Made by a program: the position numbers and the translations under genes
Part shown: positions 23,825 to 33,380 of the stretch, one piece after another
How positions within the stretch are numbered: position 1 is the stretch's first letter
Layout: each line of letters starts with the position of its first letter
The notes under the pieces: generated by a model
Database searches by the model: none
What the model was told of the DNA's origin: nothing
What the model saw: only the letters and a program-made list of their open reading frames with translations
DNA from: an uncultured Verrucomicrobia subdivision 3 bacterium
GTDB lineage: Bacteria; Verrucomicrobiota; Verrucomicrobiia; Limisphaerales; UBA8199
DNA: 56,482 nt
Assembly (NCBI GenBank): GCA_903912925.1
Contig: CAIWJG010000171.1
Coordinates: 1 to 56,482 of the forward strand
Direction: 5' to 3'

Positions 23825-24928
23825 TTAGACGTTGAATTTGAAGAGCAGCACGTCCCCGTCTTGAACGACGTACTCTTTGCCTTCGATGCGGTAGAGACCC
23901 TTTTCTCGGGCTGCTGCCACCGAACCGCACTCGACCAGGTCATCGTAAGCGACCGTTTCTGCTTTAATGAATCCGCGCTCAAAATCGCTGTGAATGGCCC
24001 CCGCAGCTTTTGGCGCAGTGTCGCCAGCAGAGATAGTCCAGGCCCGGACTTCTTTCTCACCTGCTGTGAAATAGGTACGAAGCCCCAACAGGCGATAGGT
24101 GCTGCGGATCAAGGCACCGATGCCTGATTCCTGCACGCCGAGGGCCTGGAGAAACTCATGAGCCTCCGCCGGGGAGAGGTCAACGAGGTCGCTCTCAATC
24201 TGCGCGCTGATGACCACGGTCTGGCAGGCAATGTGCGTCCTGGTGTAGTCGCGCACCTTCTGGACGTGGGGGTTGGAGTCGGCGGTAGCCAAGTCGCTTT
24301 CTTTGACGTTGGCAGCGAAAATAGTCGGTTTGTCCGTGAGCAGGAAGAATCCTCTGGCGATGGCCTTTTGCTCCGACGTAAGCTTGAGGGTAATGGCGGG
24401 CTTGCCCGCATTGAGATGGGGCACCAGCAGGTTGAGCACTTCGGCCTCGCCCAGCGCAACCTTGTCGCCCCTTTTAGCCTCCTTGGCTCCTTTGTCGCGA
24501 CGCCTTTGCGCCGACTCTAAATCCGCCAGCACCAACTCGGTTAGGACGGTTTCGATGTCGCGGATGGGATCTATATCGCCCGCCACGTGATGGATGTCCG
24601 AGTCTTCGAAGCAGCGCACGACCTGCACAATGGCATCCACTTCGCGGATATGGGTAAGGAACTTGTTGCCCAATCCCTCGCCCTGAGAGGCTCCTTTCAC
24701 GAGTCCGGCGATATCAACAAATTCTACGGCCGCGGGGATGATAACGGAGGTGCGGGCGATCCCGGACAGTACCGTCGCCCGCTCATCCGGCACCGTGACA
24801 ATGCCGATGTTGGGATCAATGGTGCAAAACGGGTAATTAGCCGCCTCCGCTTTGCGGGTGCGGGTCACGGCATTAAACAAGGTGGACTTGCCTACATTGG
24901 GCAAGCCAACAATTCCAGCTCTCAGCAT
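23825..24928 (-). CDS. ychF: Ribosome-binding ATPase YchF
   Basis: [34 protein letters not shown] and [13 protein letters not shown]. Confidence 0.97.
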   Translation of the reverse strand: MLRAGIVGLPNVGKSTLFNAVTRTRKAEAANYPFCTIDPNIGIVTVPDERATVLSGIARTSVIIPAAVEFVDIAGLVKGASQGEGLGNKFLTHIREVDAIVQVVRCFEDSDIHHVAGDIDPIRDIETVLTELVLADLESAQRRRDKGAKEAKRGDKVALGEAEVLNLLVPHLNAGKPAITLKLTSEQKAIARGFFLLTDKPTIFAANVKESDLATADSNPHVQKVRDYTRTHIACQTVVISAQIESDLVDLSPAEAHEFLQALGVQESGIGALIRSTYRLLGLRTYFTAGEKEVRAWTISAGDTAPKAAGAIHSDFERGFIKAETVAYDDLVECGSVAAAREKGLYRIEGKEYVVQDGDVLLFKFNV

Positions 24929-25195
24929 AAATCAAATCTTCAGTTGCGATGGACCTATCGTGCTTGATAATACCGGGGGCACTCCCTGATCTGCTGATCG
25001 CAGCTCATTAGATCTAGCGCTTAGATCTATAGGTCGCTCTCATTATTGCGTCATTTTGAGCCGCGGCACAACTTTATTTCTTCACTCAACGGGCGCCTAT
25101 TCCGCCTGTCATTTCGTGTATTTCGTCGTTTCAACTGCTGTTTTCAGGTTTATCTGTGTTATCCGCGAAATCCGTGGTTCCAACGGCTGTTTTTA

Positions 25196-25356
25196 CAGGG
25201 CTGCACCAAGCTCTTGAGATCCAGGCGACAGGGATGGGTTCCCCTCTCATTTTCCAGAATCAGCCCTGCCGGGTTGGACTGGTCACCAGAGTGGAATGGG
25301 AAAACCTCACGGACGCCCGCGTCAGTGCGCACTAATCCGAGCTTGATGCAACCCTG
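25196..25356. mobile_element. 161-bp MITE-like element with 18-bp terminal inverted repeats (ISAs1-like CAGGG ends)
   Basis: cagggctgcaccaagctc (25196-25213) vs gagcttgatgcaaccctg (25339-25356): 16/18 complementary. No target duplication seen. Confidence 0.6.
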
Positions 25357-25369
25357 CCGCAGTACCCAT

Positions 25370-25405
25370 TTGACACACCATGATTCGTGATACATTGTGT
25401 TTCAC
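25370..25405 (+). promoter_or_regulatory. Toxin-antitoxin promoter with a palindromic operator
   Basis: TTGACA at 25370-25375; TGnTACATT extended -10; imperfect palindrome GTGATACA-N3-TGTTTCAC (25387-25405) abutting the ATG. Confidence 0.55.
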
Positions 25406-25657
25406 ATGAAAACGGCCTCAGTCAGAGATTTGAGACAAGACTTCGCCCGCGTCCTGGCCTGGGTTCAGGCGGGGGAGGAAGTCGCCATCACGATGAGACG
25501 GCAGGCGGTGGCCCGGTTGATTCCGTTGCCGCGCCAGAAGCGGGTCAAACGACCGATGCCCGACCTGGCGGCTCGGCTCACGAAGGTGTTCGGTCAGCGG
25601 GTCATTGCGGACAAGACGATGAAGGCTATCACGGACCTGGATCGGGGGCCCATTTGA
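25406..25657 (+). CDS. Phd/YefM-family antitoxin
   Basis: MKTASVRDLRQDFARVLAWVQAGEEVAIT.R...VARLIP. Confidence 0.9.
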   Translation: MKTASVRDLRQDFARVLAWVQAGEEVAITMRRQAVARLIPLPRQKRVKRPMPDLAARLTKVFGQRVIADKTMKAITDLDRGPI

Positions 25658-26091
25658 AAGCCTATGCCGACTCCAACTTCATCGTGGCGCTGTATGTGCA
25701 GCAACAGAGTTCGCCGAAAGCCATTGCGTTCATGGAGCGTTACGGGCAGGCCCTGCCCTTTACGCCCTGGCATCGCCTGGAGGTTCGCAACGCCCTCCGC
25801 CTGGCGGTTTGCCAACAGGTGAGGGATTCGCTTCAAGCCAAAACGCAGCTCAAGCAAATAGACGCCGACCTCAAGGAAGAAGCGTTGCTGGTCCACCAGG
25901 CAATTGATTGGATAGACGTGTTGCGCGAGGCGGAGAAACTGGGAGCAAATCACAACGAGACTATCGGGTGCCGCAGTGCGGACCTGTTTCATATCGCCGC
26001 GGCAGTGCAGCTTGGATGTGAGCAGTTCCTGACGTTTGACATCAAACAGACGACCATGGCCAAAGCCGCTGGACTGGCCGTGAAGCCCTAA
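25654..26091 (+). CDS. vapC: VapC/PIN-domain toxin
   Basis: TTG start overlapping the antitoxin stop; YADSNF, LEVRNA, ADLFHIAAA and FLTFD acidic PIN residues. Confidence 0.9.
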   Translation: MKAYADSNFIVALYVQQQSSPKAIAFMERYGQALPFTPWHRLEVRNALRLAVCQQVRDSLQAKTQLKQIDADLKEEALLVHQAIDWIDVLREAEKLGANHNETIGCRSADLFHIAAAVQLGCEQFLTFDIKQTTMAKAAGLAVKP

Positions 26092-26169
26092 CGCGCAACC
26101 CTTTTGGCCGGAGTTGACACACGAGTCCTTGTCGTTGCCGCGGGGCTGTTCCTCGACCCCAGCGTTCTC

Positions 26170-26215
26170 TAGAGAATGAGCCTCCTTACGTCGGCTGCTA
26201 CGATGATACGCTTTC
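26170..26215 (+). repeat. 46-bp direct repeat containing a GTAG-type REP (minus strand), copy 1
   Basis: 43/46 identical to 27490-27535. Confidence 0.85.
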
Positions 26216-26272
26216 TACAACCGGCGCGGCGTGCGCAGGGCTGCATCTCATGGGCGTGTAGCCGATGGTCGA

Positions 26273-26343
26273 AAGCTCCTAAAGGAGCTTGGCCGAGCCT
26301 CCAAGGTGGGCGTTACTATAAACATGGCGCTCCTAACGGAGCT
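26273..26343. repeat. REP-like element (agctcc..ggagct palindromes, ctataaacatggcgctcctaacggagct)
   Basis: Two tandem short palindromes. Confidence 0.55.
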
Positions 26344-26540
26344 GAGCCCATCTCCGTCGCTGAAGATACGTATTATCCCGAAGCGTACCAGGCGCGCTAC
26401 GGCGCGCTGCGCCCCATCATCCCCTCAAATGCAGAAGTGGAGGCACGAACATGCGCATACCGGGACCCTTTTACATTCAAACCCTCACCGGCTCGCTTGC
26501 GAGTTGCACGGGATAAGGTGATTAAATATCGTTCTCCAAT

Positions 26541-27263
26541 ATGGCAACCCGCAGAACAAAGCGACCGCAGGACGACTGGGCTCATGCAGAGCTCGACAAC
26601 GCCATTGCGCAGGCACGGAAGGCAGGGACGTGGTCAAACGAAGCAACCATTCTGATCTGCGATCCGTCTTGCCGGGAAGAACTCGTCCGTTGGATCAATG
26701 AGCGCATTTGGCCCGGCGTTTTGCGCATGTTCAACGGCACCGAGTTGGTTCCGGACCCAGCTTCGGCGGATGGACAGCCGCAGATCAGGCAGGAAGGGAT
26801 GTCCGAGACGAGCATGTCCTTTGTATTCCTGATGCGCCGCCTCGAGGACGCGGGAGTAGAGATCGGGGAGAATCCGTATTTCTGCCGCATCACCACACAA
26901 TGCCGACGGCGCAGCTTCTTCATTCAGACAGATTTCTATCTTCATTTTCCGGAATCGATCGATATGGCTCGGCTCAAGGCTTTGCTGGGCAATCCCAAGT
27001 TTGTCGGCAACCCCCCGAAGCTTAGCTACGAAACAGGGCATGGCGACCACCCCGGCATCTTGATCGTCGGATTCAACTTCGGCAGCGGTTGCGGCTATGA
27101 AGGCATGCTTCCCTTGGAGACAATGCTGGCCGAGTTGGCCGAGCATGTGAACTATCTGCGCCGATTGATCCGCGCGGTGCGGCAGTTGAGCACCGATTAC
27201 GATAGCGAGCCGCATCTACGCGCTGTGGTGCGCGAGCTTGAGAAGTGCTTCCCGGCGGAGTGA
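26541..27263 (+). CDS. Hypothetical protein (240 aa)
   Basis: Long ATG-initiated ORF with globular-looking composition after an AT-rich upstream region; no family recognised. Confidence 0.65.
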   Translation: MATRRTKRPQDDWAHAELDNAIAQARKAGTWSNEATILICDPSCREELVRWINERIWPGVLRMFNGTELVPDPASADGQPQIRQEGMSETSMSFVFLMRRLEDAGVEIGENPYFCRITTQCRRRSFFIQTDFYLHFPESIDMARLKALLGNPKFVGNPPKLSYETGHGDHPGILIVGFNFGSGCGYEGMLPLETMLAELAEHVNYLRRLIRAVRQLSTDYDSEPHLRAVVRELEKCFPAE

Positions 27264-27355
27264 GCTAGCCTTGTATTCTCGTCTGGTCTTCCCTGCTGCC
27301 TCTTGCACTGAAACCACTAGCGCCGTCATTGTTCCAGAGCCCATTCACGTGCGTA

Positions 27356-27535
27356 GTAAGGAGGCTCTGATCAAGTCGCGGCTTATTCCAAGTTGCGTTC
27401 AAAATGAGCCGAACTGCCCGCAGGACGGGTGAGGGGCAGGTTCGGGCTTTGCTGGGGGAGTTAATCTCAGGTTGAACGCGAACTGGAATTAGAGAATGAG
27501 CCTCCTTACGCCGGCTGCTACCGTGATACGCTTTC
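27356..27535. repeat. Long nested hairpin (REPIN-like) ending in 46-bp repeat copy 2
   Basis: gtaaggaggctc/gagcctccttac, ttcca..gcgttcaa/ttgaacgc..tggaa and ctgccc/gggcag stems. Confidence 0.7.
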
Positions 27536-27558
27536 CCGGGCGTTGGCGCCTCGGCGGG

Positions 27559-28485
27559 TTAGCGGTCCCGGCGCAAGAGGAATTCCGCCAATGCTTCCAG
27601 CGCCACGGCTTTGCCTTTGAACGACTTCAGGGAGCTGAAGGCCCGCCGGGTTAACTGGGCGGCGATCTTGCGCGATTGTTCCAGGCCGACAATGGATGGG
27701 TAGGTCGCCTTTTGCGCTTTGGTGTCTTTGCCGGCGGTCTTGCCAAGCTTCTCGCTCGTTTGGGTTACGTCGAGGATGTCGTCAATCACCTGGAAGGCCA
27801 GGCCCACGTTGTAGCCGAAGGCCGTCAGCGCCTTCAGTTGGGCGGGCGTGCAATTGGCGCTCATGCCGCCCAGCCGGACAGAGCAACACAGCAACGCGGA
27901 GGTCTTTCGCTCGTGAATGTAGCGGAGCTGCCCGGCTGAGAGCCTCTTCCCTTCGCCTTCCAGGTCGGCAACCTGTCCAGCAATCAACTGCAGCGAACCC
28001 GCCGCGCGAGCCAGCTCCAGGATGATGGTCTGGTGCGAATAGCGGGGCCAGCCCTCGCACTTGGCGGCGATTTCAAAGGCCTGGGTCAAAAGGGCGTCGC
28101 CCGCAAGCACCGCCACTCCCTCGCCAAAGACCTTATGGTTGGTCAGTTTGCCGCGCCGGTAATCGTCATTGTCCATCGCGGGAAGGTCGTCGTGGACCAA
28201 TGAGTAGGTGTGGATGCATTCAACGGCACAGGCCAGAGGATACGCGTCGGCTTCGTCGCCCCCACAGGCTGCGGCTGCGGCCAGGCATAAGGCGGGCCGG
28301 ATACGCTTGCCGCCGGCAAACAGTGAATAGCGCATCGCGCGGTGGATCGTGCCGGGTTTGACCGTCGCCGTCGGCAGGAACTCAGCCAGTGCCCGGTTAA
28401 CCGCCGCGGTACGCGAAGCCAAATAATCCTGAAGCTGAAATGGCTCTTGGCTGCGTGAATTCAAGTGGTTAGTCTTAACGAACAT
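27559..28485 (-). CDS. ispA: Polyprenyl (farnesyl/geranylgeranyl) diphosphate synthase
   Basis: GGKRIRP, HDDLPAMDNDDYRRG, FQVIDDILD and GKTAGKD. Confidence 0.92.
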   Translation of the reverse strand: MFVKTNHLNSRSQEPFQLQDYLASRTAAVNRALAEFLPTATVKPGTIHRAMRYSLFAGGKRIRPALCLAAAAACGGDEADAYPLACAVECIHTYSLVHDDLPAMDNDDYRRGKLTNHKVFGEGVAVLAGDALLTQAFEIAAKCEGWPRYSHQTIILELARAAGSLQLIAGQVADLEGEGKRLSAGQLRYIHERKTSALLCCSVRLGGMSANCTPAQLKALTAFGYNVGLAFQVIDDILDVTQTSEKLGKTAGKDTKAQKATYPSIVGLEQSRKIAAQLTRRAFSSLKSFKGKAVALEALAEFLLRRDR

Positions 28486-28614
28486 GCGGCGTTGTTTTAG
28501 GGAAAACGACATTGCCGCGCAAGTGCATTCAGCGCATAGAATATACAGAATATTTATGTTGCGTTCGGAGCCGAAGCAGCTACTGTACCGCTCTCTATTT
28601 CAAACACCTAAGCT

Positions 28615-28869
28615 TTGAACGCTGAACTTACAAAAAGGGCACTGGAGAAGGTTGGAAACCCCAACGTTCTGGTCAATCTGCTTTCACGCCGCGTCCGCCA
28701 GATCACCTCGGGCGGAGGCAAGATGAGCCGGCCTTTGGTGGCGGATACGGGGCATCTGGGGGCCGCGGACATCGCCTTGCTTGAGATTATCGAAGAGAAA
28801 ATGGGCTTCGAAATGCCGGAGATTACCGAATTGGTCCGGCCCGTAGCGAAGAAGCGCAAGAAGCGATAG
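28615..28869 (+). CDS. rpoZ: RNA polymerase omega subunit
   Basis: ALEKVGN..LVNLLSRRVRQI..PLV..DIALLEI pattern; TTG start; next to smpB. Confidence 0.8.
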   Translation: MNAELTKRALEKVGNPNVLVNLLSRRVRQITSGGGKMSRPLVADTGHLGAADIALLEIIEEKMGFEMPEITELVRPVAKKRKKR

Positions 28870-28951
28870 CCGGACAGCCAATCCGAAGTCCGAAGCTCGA
28901 CTCCGACTTTGCGTCCCGGGCTTGTTCAGGGATTCGGGTTGCGGATCTCCA

Positions 28952-29407
28952 ATGGCCGACATTCTGACCAACCCCAAAGCGCGGCGCGATTACCATATCC
29001 TCGAAACCTTCGAGGCGGGCATCGTGTTGCACGGCACCGAGGTTAAAGCCCTGCGCGCCGGCAAAGGCCAGCTCAGCGATGCCTTTGCCCGCGTGGAGAA
29101 TAGCGAGGCCTATCTATACAACGTCCATATCGACGAGTACTCCCACGGGAATCTTTACAATCACCAGCCCAAGGCCCCGCGCAAGCTGCTGCTGCACAAG
29201 TCGGAAATTCGCAAACTCTTTGGCCTGGTGGCGGTCAAAGGCAACGCCTTGGTGCCGCTTTCGTTCTATTGGAAGAACGGCAAAGTCAAGGTGGCTCTGG
29301 CCGTGGGCAAGGGCAAAGTGGAATACGATAAACGCGAGGATTTGAAGGAACGGGAGGCCGATCGTGAGCTCAAGCGGGCGACGATGCGGCGGTTCAAAGA
29401 GAAATAA
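28952..29407 (+). CDS. smpB: SsrA-binding protein
   Basis: NPKARRDY, EAGIVLHGTEVK, RKLLLHK and GKGK..YDKRE. Confidence 0.96.
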   Translation: MADILTNPKARRDYHILETFEAGIVLHGTEVKALRAGKGQLSDAFARVENSEAYLYNVHIDEYSHGNLYNHQPKAPRKLLLHKSEIRKLFGLVAVKGNALVPLSFYWKNGKVKVALAVGKGKVEYDKREDLKEREADRELKRATMRRFKEK

Positions 29408-29477
29408 GCGGCGAAAGTGGTTGCAATTTGCCACAGCCCATGAATTTAATGGCCCGGTAAATCGTCAATAAAGTCCC

Positions 29478-31487
29478 ATGCTTTCACGATCCAGGTTGAG
29501 TTCCGCGTCGAAAGCAGCGGCGGCAGTTGCGCTGCTGCTGTGTTCTTTCACGGCCTGTCAGAATCCGAAGCCCAAGGCTCCCAGCGAGTCTCCGGCCAAG
29601 TCCAGCCCGCCCCCGACCAAGTACAGCCGGAAATACGACCCGGAGATCAGAGAGATCATGGACTTGGCCAACAAGGGGCGGTGGGAAGAAGCCCAAGCCA
29701 AAGCCGTTGCGCTGCACGAATTGGCCCCCAAAAGCACCGTGGTCGAGCGCGTATACACTTGGGTGGTTCAGACCGCCCAGCAGCGGCGCGAGCAGTCGCT
29801 GGAAAACGAAATCAGGGAAATCGATGCCAAAAATTCGGTTTTTAGTCCCACGATTAAGAACCTGCTGACGGAAAACAAGGATCGAGGTTTGCCGGCGCGC
29901 AAGGATATTCGCGACGCGGTGGACCGGATCGAGAACACCCCCTGGATACCGGACACCTACGGCAAGATGGTCCATGAGAAAGGTCCGCTTTTCGATTTCG
30001 AAAGCACCAAGGGCCGCATGATTAAGATGCTGGATAAGGAGATGACGGTCCATTTGGACAATGTGCCGCTGGGGACCATGCTGTTGACCCTCAGCACCAA
30101 CGCCGCAGTGAACATTGTGGCCGACAAGTCGCTCACGGCCCTGACCAATACGATGAGTGTGAACCTGGACAAAGTGAAGCTGGGTGAGTTCCTCCGCTAC
30201 GTCGGCCGCTATTACGATCTCCAGTTCCAGGTCGGTGACGAGCTGGTCTGGGTGGTGGACGCGAAAGACCCCAAGCGGCTGATGGAAGAGACCCGCTTTT
30301 ACCGGTTGCGCAAGGGGTTCGTGCTGCCGGCGGAATTTGGATCCCCGGACGCGAACAAAACAACCACTACCGCCGGCCCGGTTACTACGGTCACCGAGGT
30401 CCAGAAGTTCAATAAGTTTGTCAACGACGAAGCCCCGACGCTGCCTTCTCTGGAGCGGGCCATCACTAACTTGTTCACGGGCAAATACATGATTGATTAC
30501 GAGCGCAACCTGGTCGTGGCCCGAGCCACCCCGGAGCAACTCGACGTGATGGAGAAGATCATCAAAGAGTTCGACCGACCGATCCAACAGGTCCTGATCG
30601 AGGCCCGCTTTGTCACCCTCTCCAAACCCGCCTTCATGCAGATGGGCGTGCTGTGGCAGAGTCGCGGTCTTTCCGGGACCAACCAGTTCACCGGCACCCT
30701 GTCCCAGGACTTCACCGGGTTGGTGAACAACCAGAATTTCCCTAACGCGGTTACGCCATCCGGTTCGGTGAACCCGGCATTAGGCATCGGGATCCAGCAG
30801 TTGTTCACCAATGTTTTCGGCGCGAACGACCTGACTGCGACTATCAGCGCGTTGGAGCAAACCGGGGAAAGCCAGACCTTAAGCGCGCCCCGCTTGACCG
30901 TCCTCAACAACCGTCCGGCCACCATCAGCGACGGCCAGGTGCAATACTACTACGAAGAGTACACTGTCGCGACGACCTCGCAGCAATACTACACGGCCTC
31001 TTCCATCGTCCCCAGTGGCAAGCCGACGAAGATCACTGCTGGCGCTGAGTTTAAGGTGCTGGCCAGCGTCAGCGGCGATGGCAACAGCATTCTGCTGGCA
31101 TTGAACCCAAAGATTAATGGCCAAGTGGTGTTGGAGACCTACACTACTGTCAGCCAGTTTACCGGTCCGGGCAGTGCACCTTCTACCTTCGACATCAAAC
31201 TCCCGACTTACCGCACGCAGGAATTGGCCACGCGCGTCGCCATCAAGTCCGGCCAAACCGTCGTCATGGGCGGAGTGCTGGGACAGGAAAAATCCACGTA
31301 TGTCGAGTCCGTGCCGATCCTGGGCGATATCCCGATTCTCGGCGCGCTGTTCCGGCGCCGCACGGAATTGGACTCGCCGCGCTACCTGCTGATATTCGTG
31401 ACGGCCACGATCGTGAAGGATACCGGCGAATTCCTCGTTTACGAGGACGAGAACTCCGCCACCAATTCACCCGCGGTGACCCGATGA
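29478..31487 (+). CDS. Secretin (GspD/PilQ-like), probable lipoprotein
   Basis: Signal with FTAC lipobox-like sequence; QVLIEARFV, LSAPRLTVLNN and VPILGDIPILGALFR. Confidence 0.9.
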   Translation: MLSRSRLSSASKAAAAVALLLCSFTACQNPKPKAPSESPAKSSPPPTKYSRKYDPEIREIMDLANKGRWEEAQAKAVALHELAPKSTVVERVYTWVVQTAQQRREQSLENEIREIDAKNSVFSPTIKNLLTENKDRGLPARKDIRDAVDRIENTPWIPDTYGKMVHEKGPLFDFESTKGRMIKMLDKEMTVHLDNVPLGTMLLTLSTNAAVNIVADKSLTALTNTMSVNLDKVKLGEFLRYVGRYYDLQFQVGDELVWVVDAKDPKRLMEETRFYRLRKGFVLPAEFGSPDANKTTTTAGPVTTVTEVQKFNKFVNDEAPTLPSLERAITNLFTGKYMIDYERNLVVARATPEQLDVMEKIIKEFDRPIQQVLIEARFVTLSKPAFMQMGVLWQSRGLSGTNQFTGTLSQDFTGLVNNQNFPNAVTPSGSVNPALGIGIQQLFTNVFGANDLTATISALEQTGESQTLSAPRLTVLNNRPATISDGQVQYYYEEYTVATTSQQYYTASSIVPSGKPTKITAGAEFKVLASVSGDGNSILLALNPKINGQVVLETYTTVSQFTGPGSAPSTFDIKLPTYRTQELATRVAIKSGQTVVMGGVLGQEKSTYVESVPILGDIPILGALFRRRTELDSPRYLLIFVTATIVKDTGEFLVYEDENSATNSPAVTR

Positions 31488-31520
31488 GTTGGGATCGCCC
31501 CTGGACGCTGTCCGCTTGCC

Positions 31521-33380
31521 ATGTTTAAGTTTGACCGAATCCGGCCGCCGGTGCGGCGGGTGCTGGCGCTGGATGCCGGCAGCCGCTGCATCAAACTACT
31601 GCTGGCGGAGAGCGACTTCGGCCGCTTGCATGTCCTCAGGGAGGAATTGATTGATTTGCAGGCGGAGGGCTTGGTTTCGGCGGAGGAGATCAAGACGCAC
31701 TTGCAAGCTAACCTGGACGATTGGGGACGGCCGCCGCTGGCTTTGATCCTCCCGCAACATCTGTCCATCTCCCAGGTCATCGACTTGCCGCTCGCTCCCG
31801 AAAGCGAGGTCGAGAAACTGATACAGGACGAGACCGTCAAACTGGGCGGCGTGAGTGAAAGCCGCATCGTTTACGACTTTGTTCGCACGGAGACCAAGGC
31901 CAAGAACCGGCAGCAGTTCTGGGTGACACTGTCGCAGGAAGGGGATATTCGGGAACGCATCTTGCGGCTGGGCGTCGAGCAGGAAGACCTGTGCGAGGTT
32001 ACTACGACAGCCAATGCCTTGATCGCGGCTTACCGAGCCGCCAATCCGCTCTCCTCGCGTGCCATCCTGGTCCACTTGGGCGCGCAGACGACGGTCGTCG
32101 TCATCTTGCTGGCAGGCCAGGGCGTTTTCGCCACCAGCTTCCAGATGGGCGGGGATTTCTTCACCCGCTCCCTGGCGCGAATCCGGAATTGCTCCGCGGA
32201 AACCGCTGAATCCCTCAAGCGAGACAGCAACCTGCTGGCCGGCCCAGAGGCGAGTCTGGAGTTTGCCGGGGTGGTAGATGGCTGGGTGGCGGAACTAAAG
32301 CGGCAGTTGAATGAGTGGTTCGAACACAATTCCCACGCGGCACCGGAAGCCGCTTCGTTTGAACTGGTCGCCAGCGGCGGCGCGTTTGATCAACCGGGGC
32401 TGCTCAACCACCTCCAGACACAGGCGGGATTGGAGTTGAAGCCATGGCCCAAGGGCAATCAGCCCGAGGCGGTGCTGCCCTCGAAACACTTTGAAGTTGC
32501 TTTCGGGGCCGCGCTCCAGGCGCTCGGGCATAGCGCACAACCTGTCTCGCTGCTACCGGACGATTACCGGGTGGCCTGGCAGAAACGGCTCAGGATCGAG
32601 AGACTGGAACTCGGCAGCCTTGGGCTGGTAGTGCTTTGCCTCCTGCTCCTGGCGTTCGGCACCTGGCACAAGTCGTCGCTCATCACCCGGAAGCAAGCGC
32701 TGCTCGCCACAGTCCAAGCCGGCCAGGAGGCTGTCGAGGCCAACGACGCGCTGGCGGTCGAACTGACCGCCGAATACGAGGGTTTTCGCCCCCTCTTCGC
32801 CAGCCAGCAGAACACGCTGGACGTACTGCAAACCTTTGCGCTGCTGCAACAGTCCCGCAGCAATCGAGACTACTGGTACGTGCTCGTAGCCGACCAGCAA
32901 AGCTATTTCAGCCAGCCGACCGGCCCCCCCTCGACCAACAAGCCAGCCCGATTCAGCCTCTTCGCGACGGCGGCTAGCCATCCCAAAGCCGCTGGTGCGG
33001 AATACGCTGCTGGCTCGGCAACTTCGACTAATCTCTGGCCGGCGAAACCCGGCTTGATTGCCGAACTGTGCATCCCAGGAGATGCCGACGGCGCCCGCCA
33101 GATCCGCCGCCAGTTGGTGGACATCCTGAAGGAACAGCAGCTCTTCTCCAAGGTGGATTTGCTGTCGGATGACTTGCGGCGCAGCCTGGCAGACCCCAAA
33201 GTAATCGTTCCCGACCGGGATTTCGTACTCCTGCTGGATTTTGCCGAGACGGATTTCCAGCAGCCACTGCCACTCAGGAAACCGCTGCCCAGCGTCCCAT
33301 CTCGCCCCACCAATAAGCGCTCGGGGCGCTCGCTAATGTCCTCGGAAGGCGGGGAAGACCCTCACCAAAACACGCCGTGA
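31521..33380 (+). CDS. PilM/GspL-like actin-fold protein with fused transmembrane and periplasmic (PilN-like) region
   Basis: LALDAGSRCIK, ILVHLGAQTT, GGDFFT and ASGG; one transmembrane helix near residue 365-380. Confidence 0.75.
   Translation: MFKFDRIRPPVRRVLALDAGSRCIKLLLAESDFGRLHVLREELIDLQAEGLVSAEEIKTHLQANLDDWGRPPLALILPQHLSISQVIDLPLAPESEVEKLIQDETVKLGGVSESRIVYDFVRTETKAKNRQQFWVTLSQEGDIRERILRLGVEQEDLCEVTTTANALIAAYRAANPLSSRAILVHLGAQTTVVVILLAGQGVFATSFQMGGDFFTRSLARIRNCSAETAESLKRDSNLLAGPEASLEFAGVVDGWVAELKRQLNEWFEHNSHAAPEAASFELVASGGAFDQPGLLNHLQTQAGLELKPWPKGNQPEAVLPSKHFEVAFGAALQALGHSAQPVSLLPDDYRVAWQKRLRIERLELGSLGLVVLCLLLLAFGTWHKSSLITRKQALLATVQAGQEAVEANDALAVELTAEYEGFRPLFASQQNTLDVLQTFALLQQSRSNRDYWYVLVADQQSYFSQPTGPPSTNKPARFSLFATAASHPKAAGAEYAAGSATSTNLWPAKPGLIAELCIPGDADGARQIRRQLVDILKEQQLFSKVDLLSDDLRRSLADPKVIVPDRDFVLLLDFAETDFQQPLPLRKPLPSVPSRPTNKRSGRSLMSSEGGEDPHQNTP

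Noticed and set aside
25387-25653. N-terminal 89 aa of the 234-aa ORF 25387..26091
   Set aside because: Alternative frame over the antitoxin; the PIN domain starts at TTG 25654.
26176-26655. 159-aa ORF
   Set aside because: Begins within and runs through REP-like repeats; no recognisable protein features.
28870-29477. tmRNA (ssrA) next to smpB
   Set aside because: Flanking intergenic gaps are under 100 bp and show no tRNA-like ends.
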